Counted from the stretch's first letter, positions 38,954-52,593 are shown. The stretch is DNA of 64,000 nucleotides from an uncultured Actinomycetota bacterium (GCA_963792195.1 CAWBVK010000009.1:12988-76987), one strand, 5' to 3'. Translations and numbers: made by a program. Notes: generated from the letters alone by a model not told the origin.

Positions 38954-39890
38954 GTGAGCGCACGAGCACTGGACGCCGCGGGCATCACCGATCCGGCCCT
39001 GCGCGCGGCCTTCGAGGAGTGCCGCACGGCTGCACGCCGCGCACGGCAAGACCTACTACCTGGCGACCCTGCTGCTCCCGCCCGCCAAGCGGCCCTACGT
39101 GTGGGCGCTGTACGGCTTCGCGCGCTACGCCGACGAGTTCGTCGACTCGCTCGAGCACGCCCGACCCGCAGGCCCTGCTCGACTGGGGGTCGGGCCTTCC
39201 TCGACCGGCTGAACGGCGGCGTCGCCGTCCGACGCGTCACGCATCCGGTGAGCCTCGCGATGATGCACACGATGCGGCGCTGGCACATCCCGCGGGCGCA
39301 CGTCGAGGCCTTCCTCGAGTCGATGCGGATGGACATCACCGTCACGCGGTACCCGACGTACGCGGACCTCGAGAGGTACATGTACGGCTCGGCGTCGGTG
39401 ATCGGGCTGCAGATGCTGCCGATCCTCGAGCCGCGTCGCGCCCGAGGCGGCGCCGCGGGCGCGGGCGCTGGGCGAGGCCTTCCAGATGTCGAACTTCATC
39501 CGGGACGTCGGGGAGGACCTCCAGCGCGGCCGGATCTACCTGCCGCAGGAGGACCTCGAGCTGTTCGGCGTGACCCGCGAGATCCTCCAGCGGGGCGTGG
39601 TCACGCCGTCGGTGCGCGAGCTGCTGCGCTTCGAGATCGAGCGCACCCGCGCGCTCTACGCGTTCGCGGAGCCGGGGATCGACATGCTGCACCCGACCAG
39701 CCGCGACTGCGTCCGCACGGCCTTCACCCTGTACGGCGGGATCCTCGACGCCGTCGAGGACGCCCACTACCACGTGCTCGACCAGCGCGTCTCGGTGCCG
39801 ATGGGTCGGCGGCTACGCGTCGCGCTGCCGGCGGCGCGCCGCGCCCGCGCCGCGCGGCGCGCGCAGCGGCAGTGGGTACCGGTCGGCTGA
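38954..39890 (+). CDS. crtB: Phytoene synthase, frameshifted
   Basis: GTG 38954 [59 protein letters not shown] (manual). [58 protein letters not shown]. Confidence 0.85.
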
Positions 39891-40031
39891 ACGGCCCACC
39901 ACCGCTCGGACCCGTGCTCATCTGCGGCTGCATTACTCAGCTGCGGCTCACTTTTGGTCGGCCGAAGCGAGCACGCGCGGAGCAAAGCAGCCGCAGGTGA
40001 GCACCCGGTGGGCGGCGGACGGTGCGGCGGT

Positions 40032-40440
40032 CTAGAAGGCGAGCGCCTGGGCGCGCCGGCGGACCTCGGTCTTGCGGCCCGCCCGCAGCGCGTCGACCGG
40101 CGTGCCGGGCAGCTGTCGTCGGGCGTGAAGAGCCAGCGCAGCGCGGCGTCGTCGTCGTAGCCGGAGTCGGCGAGCACGGTGAGCGTCCCGCGCAGCTCGG
40201 GAGCGGCGCGCCGTCCACGATGAGCGCCGCCGGCACGCTGAGCACTCGGCGCTCGCCCCGCCGCGTCGCGACCAGGTAGCGGTCCTGCAGCAGCCGCCGC
40301 ACCTTGCCCACGTCGAGCCCGAGGCGCTCGGCGACGTCGGGCAGGGTCAGCCATTCGTCGACGAGTGAGTCCAGGGAGTCGAGCGGCTCCACCGAGTCGA
40401 GCGAGTCGCGCGCGTCCGTCACGTCGAGGGCGTCGTCCAC
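40032..40440 (-). CDS. Rv2175c-like winged-helix DNA-binding protein (PknL substrate family), frameshifted
   Basis: GTG 40440 VDDALDVTDARDSLDS...LVDEWLTLPDVAERLGLDVGKVRRLLQDRYLVATRRGERRVLSVPAALIVDGAPLP, then ELRGTLTVLADSGYDDDAALRWLFTPDDS in another frame. C-terminus ...EVRRRAQALAF* (manual). Confidence 0.7.
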
Positions 40441-40618
40441 GCACCAAGCCTGCCACCACGGCCGCCGGCCGGAGCGCGGGGTGGCCCGTCCCGCACGCGC
40501 CTGCCCAGTACGCGCCGTGGCGCGTGCGGTCCCCCCATGCCACCCTTCGTGGTCTAGCTTTCTCTCAGTAGTCACACGAACACCATCAGTAACAACAGCA
40601 CCAGCTCGAGGAGGCGCC

Positions 40619-42022
40619 ATGACGAGGCCCACCCTGCTCCCCCTCCGCCGCCCGCGGGCGCGCCGGCTCGCGGCGGTTCCCGCTGCCGTGGCCGCGGTCG
40701 CCGCGCCCGTGGCAGCGGCGCCCACGGCCGACGCCGCACCCGTGCGCGCCGCAGCGCCACGGCGACGCGGCGGCACGACCCTGTACGTCGTGCAGCGGGG
40801 CGACACGCTCACGTCGGTCGCGGCCCGCACCGGCACCGACGTCGCGACGCTCGTCCGGCTCAACCGGCTGACGCACCCCGACCAGCTGGTCGCCGGGGAT
40901 GCGCCTCGCCGTCCCCGTGCACGCCACGCTGCCGCGCACCCGTGCCGCCGGCGCCGCCGCGCGCGGTGCAGCTACACGGTGCCGGCCCGGCGACAGCCTG
41001 TGGGCGATCGCGCTGCGCAGCGGGTGCACGGTCGCCGCCATCGTCGCCGCGAACGACCTCCCGGCGAACGGCCGCATCATGCCCGGTCAGGTGCTGCTGC
41101 TGCCCGGCGCCGGCATCCCCGCGCACCCCGGCCGCCCAGACCCAAGCCGTCCACGCCCGTCGCCGTGCACGTCGTGGCCGCCGGCGAGACGCTCTCGGGC
41201 ATCGCCGAGCGCTACCACCTCGGCCTGAGCGTGCTCCTGCGCGCCAACCGGCTCGGCGCCGACGCGGTCATCCGCCCCGGTCAGAAGCTCGTGCTGCCGG
41301 GCGTGCCCGTGACGACGGCGCCCCGGCCGGCACCGGCCCCCACCCACGGGTACGTCGTCCGCCGGGGCGACACGCTCTCGGGGATCGCGGTCGCGGCCCG
41401 GCATCCCGCTGACCACCCTGACCGCGCTCAACCACCTCGCCGCCTCCGACGTGATCGTCCCCGGGCAGCGCCTGCTGCTGCCCGGGCCCGCGCCCACGCC
41501 GCGCGGCACGACACGGACGCCCGCGACCGTCGCGGAGGCGGGCGGCGGCCGGACCGTCCGCGAGGCGGCCGCCGCGAACCGCGCCGCCCTCGCCGCGCCG
41601 CCCCGCGCCGGCGCCCGCCCGCGTGCGCGAGCTGATCCGCAGCGCCTCCGTCGCCCTCGGCGTCGACCCCTCGCTGGCGCTCGCCGTCGCCGAGGTCGAG
41701 TCGGGCTTCGACCAGCGCAAGGTGTCGTCGGCGAACGCGATCGGCGTCATGCAGGTCGTGCCGTCGTCGGGCCGCTGGGCCTCGGCCATCGTCGGCCGGC
41801 CCCTGGACCTGCTCGACGCCACCGACAACGTCGACGGCCGGGGTCGCCATCCTCGCCGCGCTGCGGCCGGCGGGCGGCGACGACGTCGTCGCTCGCGGCC
41901 TACTACCAGGGCCTCACCTCGGTGCGGCAGCACGGCCTGTACGCCGACACCCGCCGGTACGTCGCCGACGTGCTCACCCTCGCGGGAGCAGTACCGGTGA
42001 GCGGACACGCTGGGTCAGCACC

Positions 42023-42026
<4 letters not shown>
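40619..42026 (+). CDS. Secreted 4xLysM + SLT-domain lytic transglycosylase, frameshifted
   Basis: GGAGG RBS, ATG 40619, signal-like MTRPTLLPLRRPRARRLAAVPAAVAAVAAPVAAAPTADA. LysM units YVVQRGDTLTSVAARTG..., YTVPAGDSLWAIALRSG..., HVVAAGETLSGIAERYH..., YVVRRGDTLSGIA.... SLT core LALAVAEVESGFDQRKVSSANAIGVMQV...AAYYQG. TGA 42024-42026 overlaps the kinase GTG. Confidence 0.8.
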
Positions 42027-44050
<2,024 letters not shown>

Positions 44051-44283
44051 GTCGGCGCCGGCCGGCGCGCCAGGGGCTACGGGCCCAGGGAGTGGACGCG
44101 GGAGGCCGGATCGTCGTCGACGCCGCACCGCTCGCAGTGCCGGTACCTCTCGCCCGTCTCGCTCACGGCGGGCTCCCACCGATGCAGTCCCAAGCGACAG
44201 GCCCAGGGCTTCGACATGCCCCTATGGTCGTGCGCCGGACGGCGGAACGCCATCGGTTCCCGGTGATCACTCCAGTGCGCTGC

Positions 44284-44878
44284 TCACTCGAGGTAGGAGT
44301 AGCGCTCCTCGCGCCAGGGGTCACCGACCGCGTGGTACCCGCGCTCCTCCCAGAAACCCCGGACGAGCTCCGTGAGGTACTCGACGCCGCGCAGCCACTT
44401 CGGGCCCTTCCACGCGTAGAGGTGCGGGACCACCAGGCGCAGCGGGTACCCGTGCTCGGGCGTGAGCGGCTCGCCGTCGTGGTGGGTCGCGAGCAGGGCG
44501 CGCGGCGACGCGAAGTCCTCCAGGCGCATGGTGGCCGAGTAGCCGTACTCCGCCCACGCCATGACGTGCGTGACCTCGGGCGCCGGGCGGCACCAGGTCG
44601 AGCAGGGCGCGGGTCGGCGTGCCCTCCCAGACGTTGTCGAGCACGGTCCACCGGGTGACGCAGTGCAGGTCGGCGCGGACCAGGGCACGCGGCAGGCAGG
44701 CCAGCGCGTCGGCCTCGAGGTGGTGCTCCGCGCCGTCGGCGGTGGCGCCGTTGACCGTGAGCCGCCAGGTCAGCGGGCGGAACCGCGGCACCGGGCCGTA
44801 GTGCCGCACCCGGAAGCCGTCGGCCGGCTTCTGGCCCGGAGGCAGGACCCGGTCGGGGTCCCGCCACAGCTCCGCCAC
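44284..44878 (-). CDS. Small molybdopterin-dependent (sulfite oxidase/YedY-like) oxidoreductase domain protein, one frame switch
   Basis: GGAGGA RBS, GTG 44878. LHCVTRWTVLDNVWEGTPTRALLD, EYGYSATMRLEDF, HGYPLRLVVPHLYAWKGPKWLRGVEYL, GFWEERGYH. Confidence 0.7.
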
Positions 44879-44928
44879 CGGGTCATCCTCCCATCGGCGC
44901 GGACGGTGCGGCCGGACGGCGGGTGCGG

Positions 44929-45979
44929 TCAGCCCAGCACCTTCTCGAGGACCCGTGCGGCGTGCTCGCAGCCGTCGTCGTCGACGTCGAGGTGGGTGAC
45001 CATGCGCAGCGTGCGCGGGCCGAGCACCGAGAGCAGGACGCCCTGCTCGCGGGCGGCGGCGGCGATGTCGGGCGCGAGCAGGTCCGCGGCGGCGAGGTCG
45101 AGCACGACGATGTTGGTCTCGACGGCGCCGGTGTCCACGAGCTCGGGGCGCACGCCTGCGACGGCCTCGGCGAGCCGGCGGGCCCGGGCGTGGTCGTCGG
45201 CGAGCCGGGCGAGCTGGTGGTCGAGGGCGTAGCGGCCGGCGGCCGCGAGGATGCCCACCTGCCGCATGCCGCCGCCGTAGCGCTTGCGCCACACCCGGGC
45301 GGCGGCGATGCGCTCGGCCGAGCCCACGAGGACCGAGCCGACGGGCGCGCCGAGGCCCTTCGACAGGCAGACGGACACGGTGTCGGCGACGGCGCCGTAC
45401 TCGGCGAGCGGGACGCCGGTGGCGACGTGGGCGTTCCACAGCCGGGCGCCGTCGAGGTGGACGGCGATGCCCATCGCGTCGGCGCCCTCGCGCAGCGCGC
45501 GCAGCTCGCTCGATCGGCTGCACGGTGCCGCCGCCGAAGTTGTGCGTGTTCTCGACGGCGAACGCCGCCGTCGAGACGAGGTACGGCCCGCCGTCCGGGA
45601 CGGCCATCGCCAGCGCGGCGGCGGCGTCCAGGCGGCCCTGCTCGGACGGCCAGGTGCGGGTGGTGACCTGACCCGAGCACGGCGTGGCCGCCCAGCTCGG
45701 CGCGCACGACGTGCGCGAGGGAGTCGCAGAGCAGCTCCTGGCCCGGCGGGTACGAGCACACGGACGCCGAGCATGTTCGCCATCGAGCCGGTCGGGCAGT
45801 AGAGCCCGGCCTCGTGGCCGAGGAGCTCGGCGACGTGCGCCTCGAGGTCGTTGACGGTCGGGTCCTCGCCGTAGACGTCGTCGCCCACCGGGCGCGGTGG
45901 CCATGGCCTCCCGCATGCCGGGCGTGGGGGCCGTGACGGTGTCGGAGCGGAGGTCGACGAGGAACGTGTCGGTCACCAC
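44929..45979 (-). CDS. ltaE: Low-specificity L-threonine aldolase, frameshifted
   Basis: [76 protein letters not shown] (PLP lysine), [11 protein letters not shown]. Confidence 0.85.
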
Positions 45980-46055
45980 GTCACCCTACGACGCGACGTG
46001 GCGGCGCTGGACCTGCGATCACGACTGGACTAACCTCTTAGCTAAGGAGGGTCGC

Positions 46056-46310
46056 ATGGCCGAGCAGCCGTCGCAGTACAACATCCACGAGGCGAAGACG
46101 CAGCTCTCGCGCATCGTGGAGCGGGTCGAACACGGGGAGGAGATCGTGATCAGCCGCGCCGGCGAGCCGGTCGCCAAGGTCGTGCCGCTCGTGCGGCGCG
46201 TGAACCGGACGGCCGGCGGCTCGCTAGCGGGCGTCCTCAAACTCTCGGACGAGTGGGACTCCCCCGAGACCAACGACGAGATCGCCCGCGACTTCGGCAT
46301 GCTCGAGTGA
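46056..46310 (+). CDS. Type II antitoxin, Phd/YefM family; intact
   Basis: AAGGAGG RBS, ATG 46056. MAEQPSQYNIHEAKTQLSRIVERVEHGEEIVISRAGEPVAKVVPL. 84 aa. Stop overlaps the toxin GTG (GTGA). Confidence 0.85.
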   Translation: MAEQPSQYNIHEAKTQLSRIVERVEHGEEIVISRAGEPVAKVVPLVRRVNRTAGGSLAGVLKLSDEWDSPETNDEIARDFGMLE

Positions 46311-46681
46311 GGCTGCTCCTCGACACGCACGTCGTGCTGTGGTGGCTGGCGGGCGACCGCCACCTGACGGCCGACGTCAAGCAGCTCATCGATCACGAGC
46401 CGGACGTCTTCGTGAGCAGCGCCAGCATCTGGGAGATCTCGGTCAAGCAGGCCCAGGGGAAGCTCGACGGTCCCGACGACCTTCCCGAGCGGGTGCTCGG
46501 CAGTGGTCTGCGCGTCCTCGACATCACCGGCAGGCACGGGCTGGCCGCAGGGCGGCTTCCGCTGGTCCACCGGGATCCGTTCGACCGGATGCTGGTCGCC
46601 CAGGCGGCCCTCGAGGAGCTCACGCTCGTCACCGCGGATCGGCAGGTACAGCGGTACGACGTGCCGCTCCTGAAGGTGTGA
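46307..46681 (+). CDS. vapC: Type II toxin, PIN-domain VapC family; intact
   Basis: GTG 46307 VRLLLDTHVVLWWLAGD...VFVSSASIWEISVK...HRDPFDRMLVAQAALEELTLVTAD (PIN acidic residues D, E, D, D). Confidence 0.85.
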   Translation: MRLLLDTHVVLWWLAGDRHLTADVKQLIDHEPDVFVSSASIWEISVKQAQGKLDGPDDLPERVLGSGLRVLDITGRHGLAAGRLPLVHRDPFDRMLVAQAALEELTLVTADRQVQRYDVPLLKV

Positions 46682-46683
46682 CC

Positions 46684-48061
<1,378 letters not shown>

Positions 48062-48143
48062 CTGGTCAGGGTAGGTGAGCGAGATCCCGCGCCGCCTGCC
48101 GGTCCACGGGACGGGACGCGCCACCCACCCCTCCACCCCTTCC

Positions 48144-48239
48144 GCGATCATGCACGCCGGAGCGATCATGACCCCGCTCCGTGATCGCTCCAGCCTGCAT
48201 GATCGCTCCCGCGTGCATGATCCAGGGGATCGGAGGATC
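48144..48239. other. GATC-dense nested inverted-repeat element between response-regulator stop and aroG start
   Basis: The 12-bp arm GATCATGCACGC (48146-48157) pairs with 48211-48222. GGAGCGATCATG (48159-48170) pairs perfectly with 48198-48209, and its first 10 nt also pair with 48182-48191. Seven GATC sites fall within 48146-48239. Confidence 0.7.
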
Positions 48240-48252
48240 GGGGAGCGGGCGG

Positions 48253-48903
48253 TCACTGCGGGACGTCGTCGAGGCCCTGCTCGATCGCGTAGCGGGTCAG
48301 CTCGACGCGGTTGTGCAGCTGCAGCTTGGCCAGCACGTTCTGGGTGTGGTTCTGGACGGTCCGGTGCGAGAGCACGAGCCGCTCGGCGATCTGCCGGCTC
48401 GACAGGCCCTTGGCGACCAGCCGCAGGATCTCGGTCTCGCGCTCGGTGAGCCGCGACCCGGCGTCGGCGCTCGCGGCCCGGACCGCCGGACATCATCCGC
48501 CGGAACTCCCCCAGCACGAGCCCGGCCAGCCCGGGCGTGAAGACGGCGTCGCCGGCGGCGGTCCGCCGGACCGCCTCGAGCAGCTCCTCACGGGACGCCG
48601 ACTTCACCAGGTACCCGGTCGCGCCGGCCTTGATCGCCGCGAGGACGTCGCCCTCCTCGCCGCTGGCGCGACAGCACGAGCACCCGCACGCCGGGGTGCC
48701 GCGCGGCGATCTCGCGCGTCGTGGCCGACGCCGTCGAGCACCGGCAGGCGCAGGTCGAGGACGACGACGTCGGGCCGCGCGGCGGGCATCCGACGCAGGG
48801 CCTGCTCCCCGTCGCCGGCGCTGCCCACCACCTCGAGGCCCGCCGTCCGCAGGTCGCGCTCGAGCGCCTCGCGCCAGATCGGGTGGTCGTCGACGATCAT
48901 CAC
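48253..48903 (-). CDS. NarL/LuxR-family response regulator (MacR-like), frameshifted
   Basis: MIVDDHPIWREALERDLRTAGLEVVGSAGDG...DVVVLDLRLPVLDG. LuxR HTH LTERETEILRLVAKGLSSRQIAERLVLSHRTVQNHTQNVLAKLQLHNRVELTRYAIEQG...* (manual). Confidence 0.85.
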
Positions 48904-48969
48904 CCGCAGCGGCCGCGCCTCCGCCCGTCACCTGGCTCCCGCTCACTCGGTGCCGCCGCGTGGCGACCC

Positions 48970-50141
48970 TCACGTCGCCGTCGACGCGACGGGTACGACG
49001 AGCTCGACCTCGGTGCCCTGACCCGGCGCGCTGTGCACGCTCACGGTCCCGCCGACGTCGGCCAGCCGCCCGCGCACCGACGCCTGCACGCCCAGCCGGC
49101 CCTGCCGGGCGGCCTCCTCGAGCCGGCCCGGCGCGAAGCCGACCCCGTCGTCGCGGACGGTCACCGTCACCCGGGCCGGCTCGTCCTCGAGCAGGATCCA
49201 CGTGCGGGCGTCCGCGCCCGGCGTGCCGGCGCACGTTGTCGAGGGCGGCACGGACGGCGCCGCGCACGGCGTGCGCCGCGATCGCGGGGAGCAGCACGGG
49301 CTGGCCGGGCCCCGTCACGACGACGTCCGGGGCGGCCAGCCGGGCCAGCGAGGCGGCCACGTCCTCCTCGCCGGCGCCGTCGGAGCCCTCGGCGTCCAGC
49401 GGGACGGCCGGGGCGCCCGAGGCGACCAGCGCGCGCAGCCGCACCTCCTGCTCGCCCGCCAGCTCGCCGATCGTCGCGGCCTCGCCGCCGACCTGCGCCC
49501 CGCGGCGGCGCACGTAGGCGAGCACCTGCAGCACCGAGTCGTGGATGTCGGCGGCGAGCCGCTCGCGCTCGCGCGTGGCGGCCTGCAGCGCCACGGCCCG
49601 GGCCAGGTCGGCGCGCCCGGCGCGCAGCAGCTCGACCGCCCAGCCGAGCAGGCTGCCCGCGATCAGCAGCAGGACGATGGCGTCGAGCGTGGACGCCGAC
49701 AGCCGGCGCACCTCGACGAGGTCGGCCGCCGCCACGCAGCACGCTGCCAGCAGGCCGGCCCGGCGCCCGCGGAGCACGGCCCAGGCGAGCACGGGGGTGG
49801 CGGCCCAGATGCCGGGCAGCGTGGCGCCCGCCGGCGGCGATCACCGCACGGCTGTCGACGGCCATGGTCGACAGCACCGCGGCGCAGGCGACGGCCAGGT
49901 CGGCCGTGAGCAGCCGCGGGCCCGGCTGCCGGCCGCCGCGCACCCGGCGCGCGACCACGAACGCCGTCCACACCGCGAGCACGGCCAGGACGCCCCAGCC
50001 GAGCCAGGCGTGCACGTGCCCACCGCCGGTCAGCGCGAACACGGCGACGGCGTACCCGAGCGCGAGCACGCGGAAGGTGTCGACCGCGTTCCAGAGCTGG
50101 GCGTCGTCGGGGAAGGGGTTGACCCCCAGGCTCGTCGCCAC
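48970..50141 (-). CDS. Sensor histidine kinase (NarX/DesK-type HisKA_3, MacS-like), frameshifted
   Basis: GTG 50141. Multi-TM N-terminus (WNAVDTFRVLALGYAVAVFAL...). H-box RERERLAADIHDSVLQVLAY. HATPase VTVRDDGVGFAPGRL...GGTVSVHSAPGQGTEVELVVP. Confidence 0.8.
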
Positions 50142-50158
50142 GCCGGCCGTGCCCCGGG

Positions 50159-50964
50159 TCAGGCGCCCGCCGTGCCCGGCGGCTCGGCGGCGGGCGCGGC
50201 GGGCGCCTCCTCGTCGGCGGCAGGGCTCACGGCCGTCGGCGCTCCCGCACGGGCCACCGGCCGCACCGACCTGCGGGCGGCGGCCAGCCGCTCCTTCATC
50301 GTGGCGGCGTACACGTCGACGTACTCCTGCCCGGACAGCTCCATGAGCTCGTACATGATCTCGTCGGTGATCGACCGCAGGACGAACCGGTCGTCCTCCA
50401 TGCCGTCGTAGCGGGAGAAGTCGAGCGGGCGGCCGATCACGACGCCGACCCGGCCGATGCTTGGGCATCCTCCGCCCGATCGGCTGCACCTTGTCCGTGC
50501 CGATCATCGCCACCGGCAGCACCGGCACGCCGGCCTCGAGCGCGAGCCGGGCGACCCCGGTCTTGCCCCGGTACAGCCGGCCGTCCGGCGAGCGGGTGCC
50601 CTCGGGGTAGATGCCGAGCACGTCCCCGCGGCGCAGCACCTTGAGCCCGGTCTGCAGGGCGGCCTCGGAGGCCTGGCCGCCGGACCGGTCGACGGGGAGC
50701 TGCCCCGCACCCTTGATGAAGGCGGCCGTCAGCCGGCCCTTGACGCCGCGACCGGTGAAGTAGTCGGACTTCGCCAGGAACGTCACCCGCCGCCGCAGCA
50801 CGAGCGGCAGGAAGATCGAGTCCGAGAACGACAGGTGGTTGCTCGCGAGGATGGCCCCGCCGGTCTCGGGCACGTTCTCGTCGCCCCGCACCCAGGGCCT
50901 GAAGATCGCGTGCAGGACACGGCCCGAGGATGATCCGCTTCAGCAGCCAGTAGAACACGCTCAC
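50159..50964 (-). CDS. plsC: 1-acyl-sn-glycerol-3-phosphate acyltransferase (Rv2182c-like), frameshifted
   Basis: GGGAGG RBS, GTG 50964 VSVFYWLLKRIILGP. HX4D box ILASNHLSFSDSIFLP, GIYPEGTRSPDG, VPVLPVAMIGTD. Confidence 0.85.
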
Positions 50965-51205
50965 CTCCCGGTCGGGTCCGTCCCCGCGCTGGCGGAAACC
51001 CCGGCGGGCGACCCGCGCCGCACGCGGCGGCGCGGGGTCGTGCATGCACTCTAGAGACTGGCGCGCGATTGTCGAGGTGCCCCTCGACCAAGGGGTCCGC
51101 ACGTGTCACGATGACGGGGCGCGGCGAGGGCGGTGATCACGCCCTGCGACCGCCCGCGCCGACAGCACCTTCACGCCGCGAGCCCTGCGACCCTCGAGGA
51201 GAACC

Positions 51206-51967
51206 GTGCCCGTGCTGCCGGGAGCCGAGGCCTACAGCGCCGACGGCGGCGAGGTGGGCGTCGTCCTCTGCCACGGGTTCACCGGCTCCCCGCAGAGCCT
51301 GCGGCCCTGGGCCGAGGCCCTGGCCGCCGCCGGCCACACCGTGCGCCTGCCCCGCCTGCCCGGCCACGGCACCACCTGGCAGGAGATGAACCGGACCAGC
51401 TGGCACGACTGGTACGGCGAGGTCGACGGCGCCTTCGGCGAGCTGCGCCGCGCGCTGCTCGCGGGTGTTCGTCGGGGGCCTGTCGATGGGCGGTGCCCTC
51501 GCCCTGCGCCTGGCCGAGGAGCACGGCGCCGACGTCGCCGGGGTCGTCGCTCGTGAACCCGGCCGTGCACCTGCGCGACCGGCGCCTCCTCGCGCTGCCG
51601 GTGCTGCGCCGGGTCGTGCCGACGTTCCCGGCCGATCGCCGGCGACATCAAGAAGCCCGGCATGACCGAGCTCGGCGTACGACCGCACGCCGCTGCAACG
51701 CGGTCGCGACGATGCTGCAGCTCTACCGCACGGTCACCGGCCGACCTGGCCCGCGTCGACCAGCCCCTGCTGCTCCTGCGCTCCGCCGTCGACCACGTCG
51801 TCCCGGCGACCAACAGCGCCGCGGTGCTCGCCGGCGTCTCCTCCCGCGACGTCACCGAGATCGTCCTCGAGGACAGCTACCACGTGGCGACCCTCGACAA
51901 CGACGCCGAGCGCATCCACAAGGAGTCGCTCGCCTTCGTCGACCGCGTCGCCGGAGGTGGGTCGTGA
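51206..51967 (+). CDS. Alpha/beta hydrolase (esterase/monoacylglycerol lipase-like), frameshifted
   Basis: GTG 51206. VVLCHGFTGSPQSLRPWAEAL, nucleophile elbow VGGLSMGGALALRLA, LLLLRSAVDHVVP, SYHVATLDND. Confidence 0.75.
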
Positions 51968-52593
51968 CCGGGGACGGCGACCGCGACGGCCCGGGCGACG
52001 CGACCCCCAAGGACGAGCACGACGACCGGCCCGAGCTCGACGTCGACGCGGCGTTCGCGGCGATCGTGGCCGACTTCGGCCGCCCCTCCCCGGCGGGCGT
52101 CGGTCCCTGGCCGGCCGCGGAGGACGTCGACGACGACGCGCCCGACGAGCCGGTCGACGAGGCGCCGGTCCGGCGGCGGGTCCGGGCCGCCCCGGCGGCC
52201 CGATCGCTCCGGCGCAGGGCACGGCCGGCGGCGCGGCGGAGGCGGCGCGCAGGGCAGCCCGGCGCGGCCCGCGGCACCGCCTGCACCGACGGCACCGGCC
52301 TGCCGGGCGACGAGCCCGGCGTCGCAGCCGACGGCGACCCCGACGACGACCGCGAGCGGTTCGTGCCGCCCGAGGCCCCGCCGATCACGTCGACCGACCT
52401 GGTGTCGCGGCTGGCCTGGCTGGGGGTGCTCGGTGGCCCGCTGTTCCTGCTCGTCGCGGCGCTCGTCTCGCACGCCCTGCCCGCGATCGTCGTGCTGCTC
52501 ACGCTCGCGGCGTTCATCGGCGGCTTCGTCACGCTGGTCGTGCGCCTCCCCCGGGACCGCGGGGACGACGGGGACGACGGGGCGGTCGTCTGA
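51964..52593 (+). CDS. Hypothetical membrane protein with acidic N-terminal region and two C-terminal TM helices
   Basis: GTG 51964 overlaps the previous stop (GTGA). VTGDGDRDGPGDATPKDEHDDRPELDVDAAFAAIVADFG...LAWLGVLGGPLFLLVAALV...AIVVLLTLAAFIGGFVTLVV. No family recognised. Confidence 0.5.
   Translation: MTGDGDRDGPGDATPKDEHDDRPELDVDAAFAAIVADFGRPSPAGVGPWPAAEDVDDDAPDEPVDEAPVRRRVRAAPAARSLRRRARPAARRRRRAGQPGAARGTACTDGTGLPGDEPGVAADGDPDDDRERFVPPEAPPITSTDLVSRLAWLGVLGGPLFLLVAALVSHALPAIVVLLTLAAFIGGFVTLVVRLPRDRGDDGDDGAVV

Noticed and set aside
40441-40618. ydaO (cyclic-di-AMP) riboswitch upstream of the LysM-SLT hydrolase gene
   Set aside because: I could not find the conserved ydaO sequence blocks by eye. 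Only a simple 11-bp hairpin is present. A covariance-model scan is needed to be sure.
48062-48252. Aromatic amino acid leader-peptide attenuation for aroG
   Set aside because: The only plausible small ORF (MHAGAIMQAGAITERGHDRSG...) contains no Phe/Tyr/Trp codon run. The structure is reported as an unexplained element instead.
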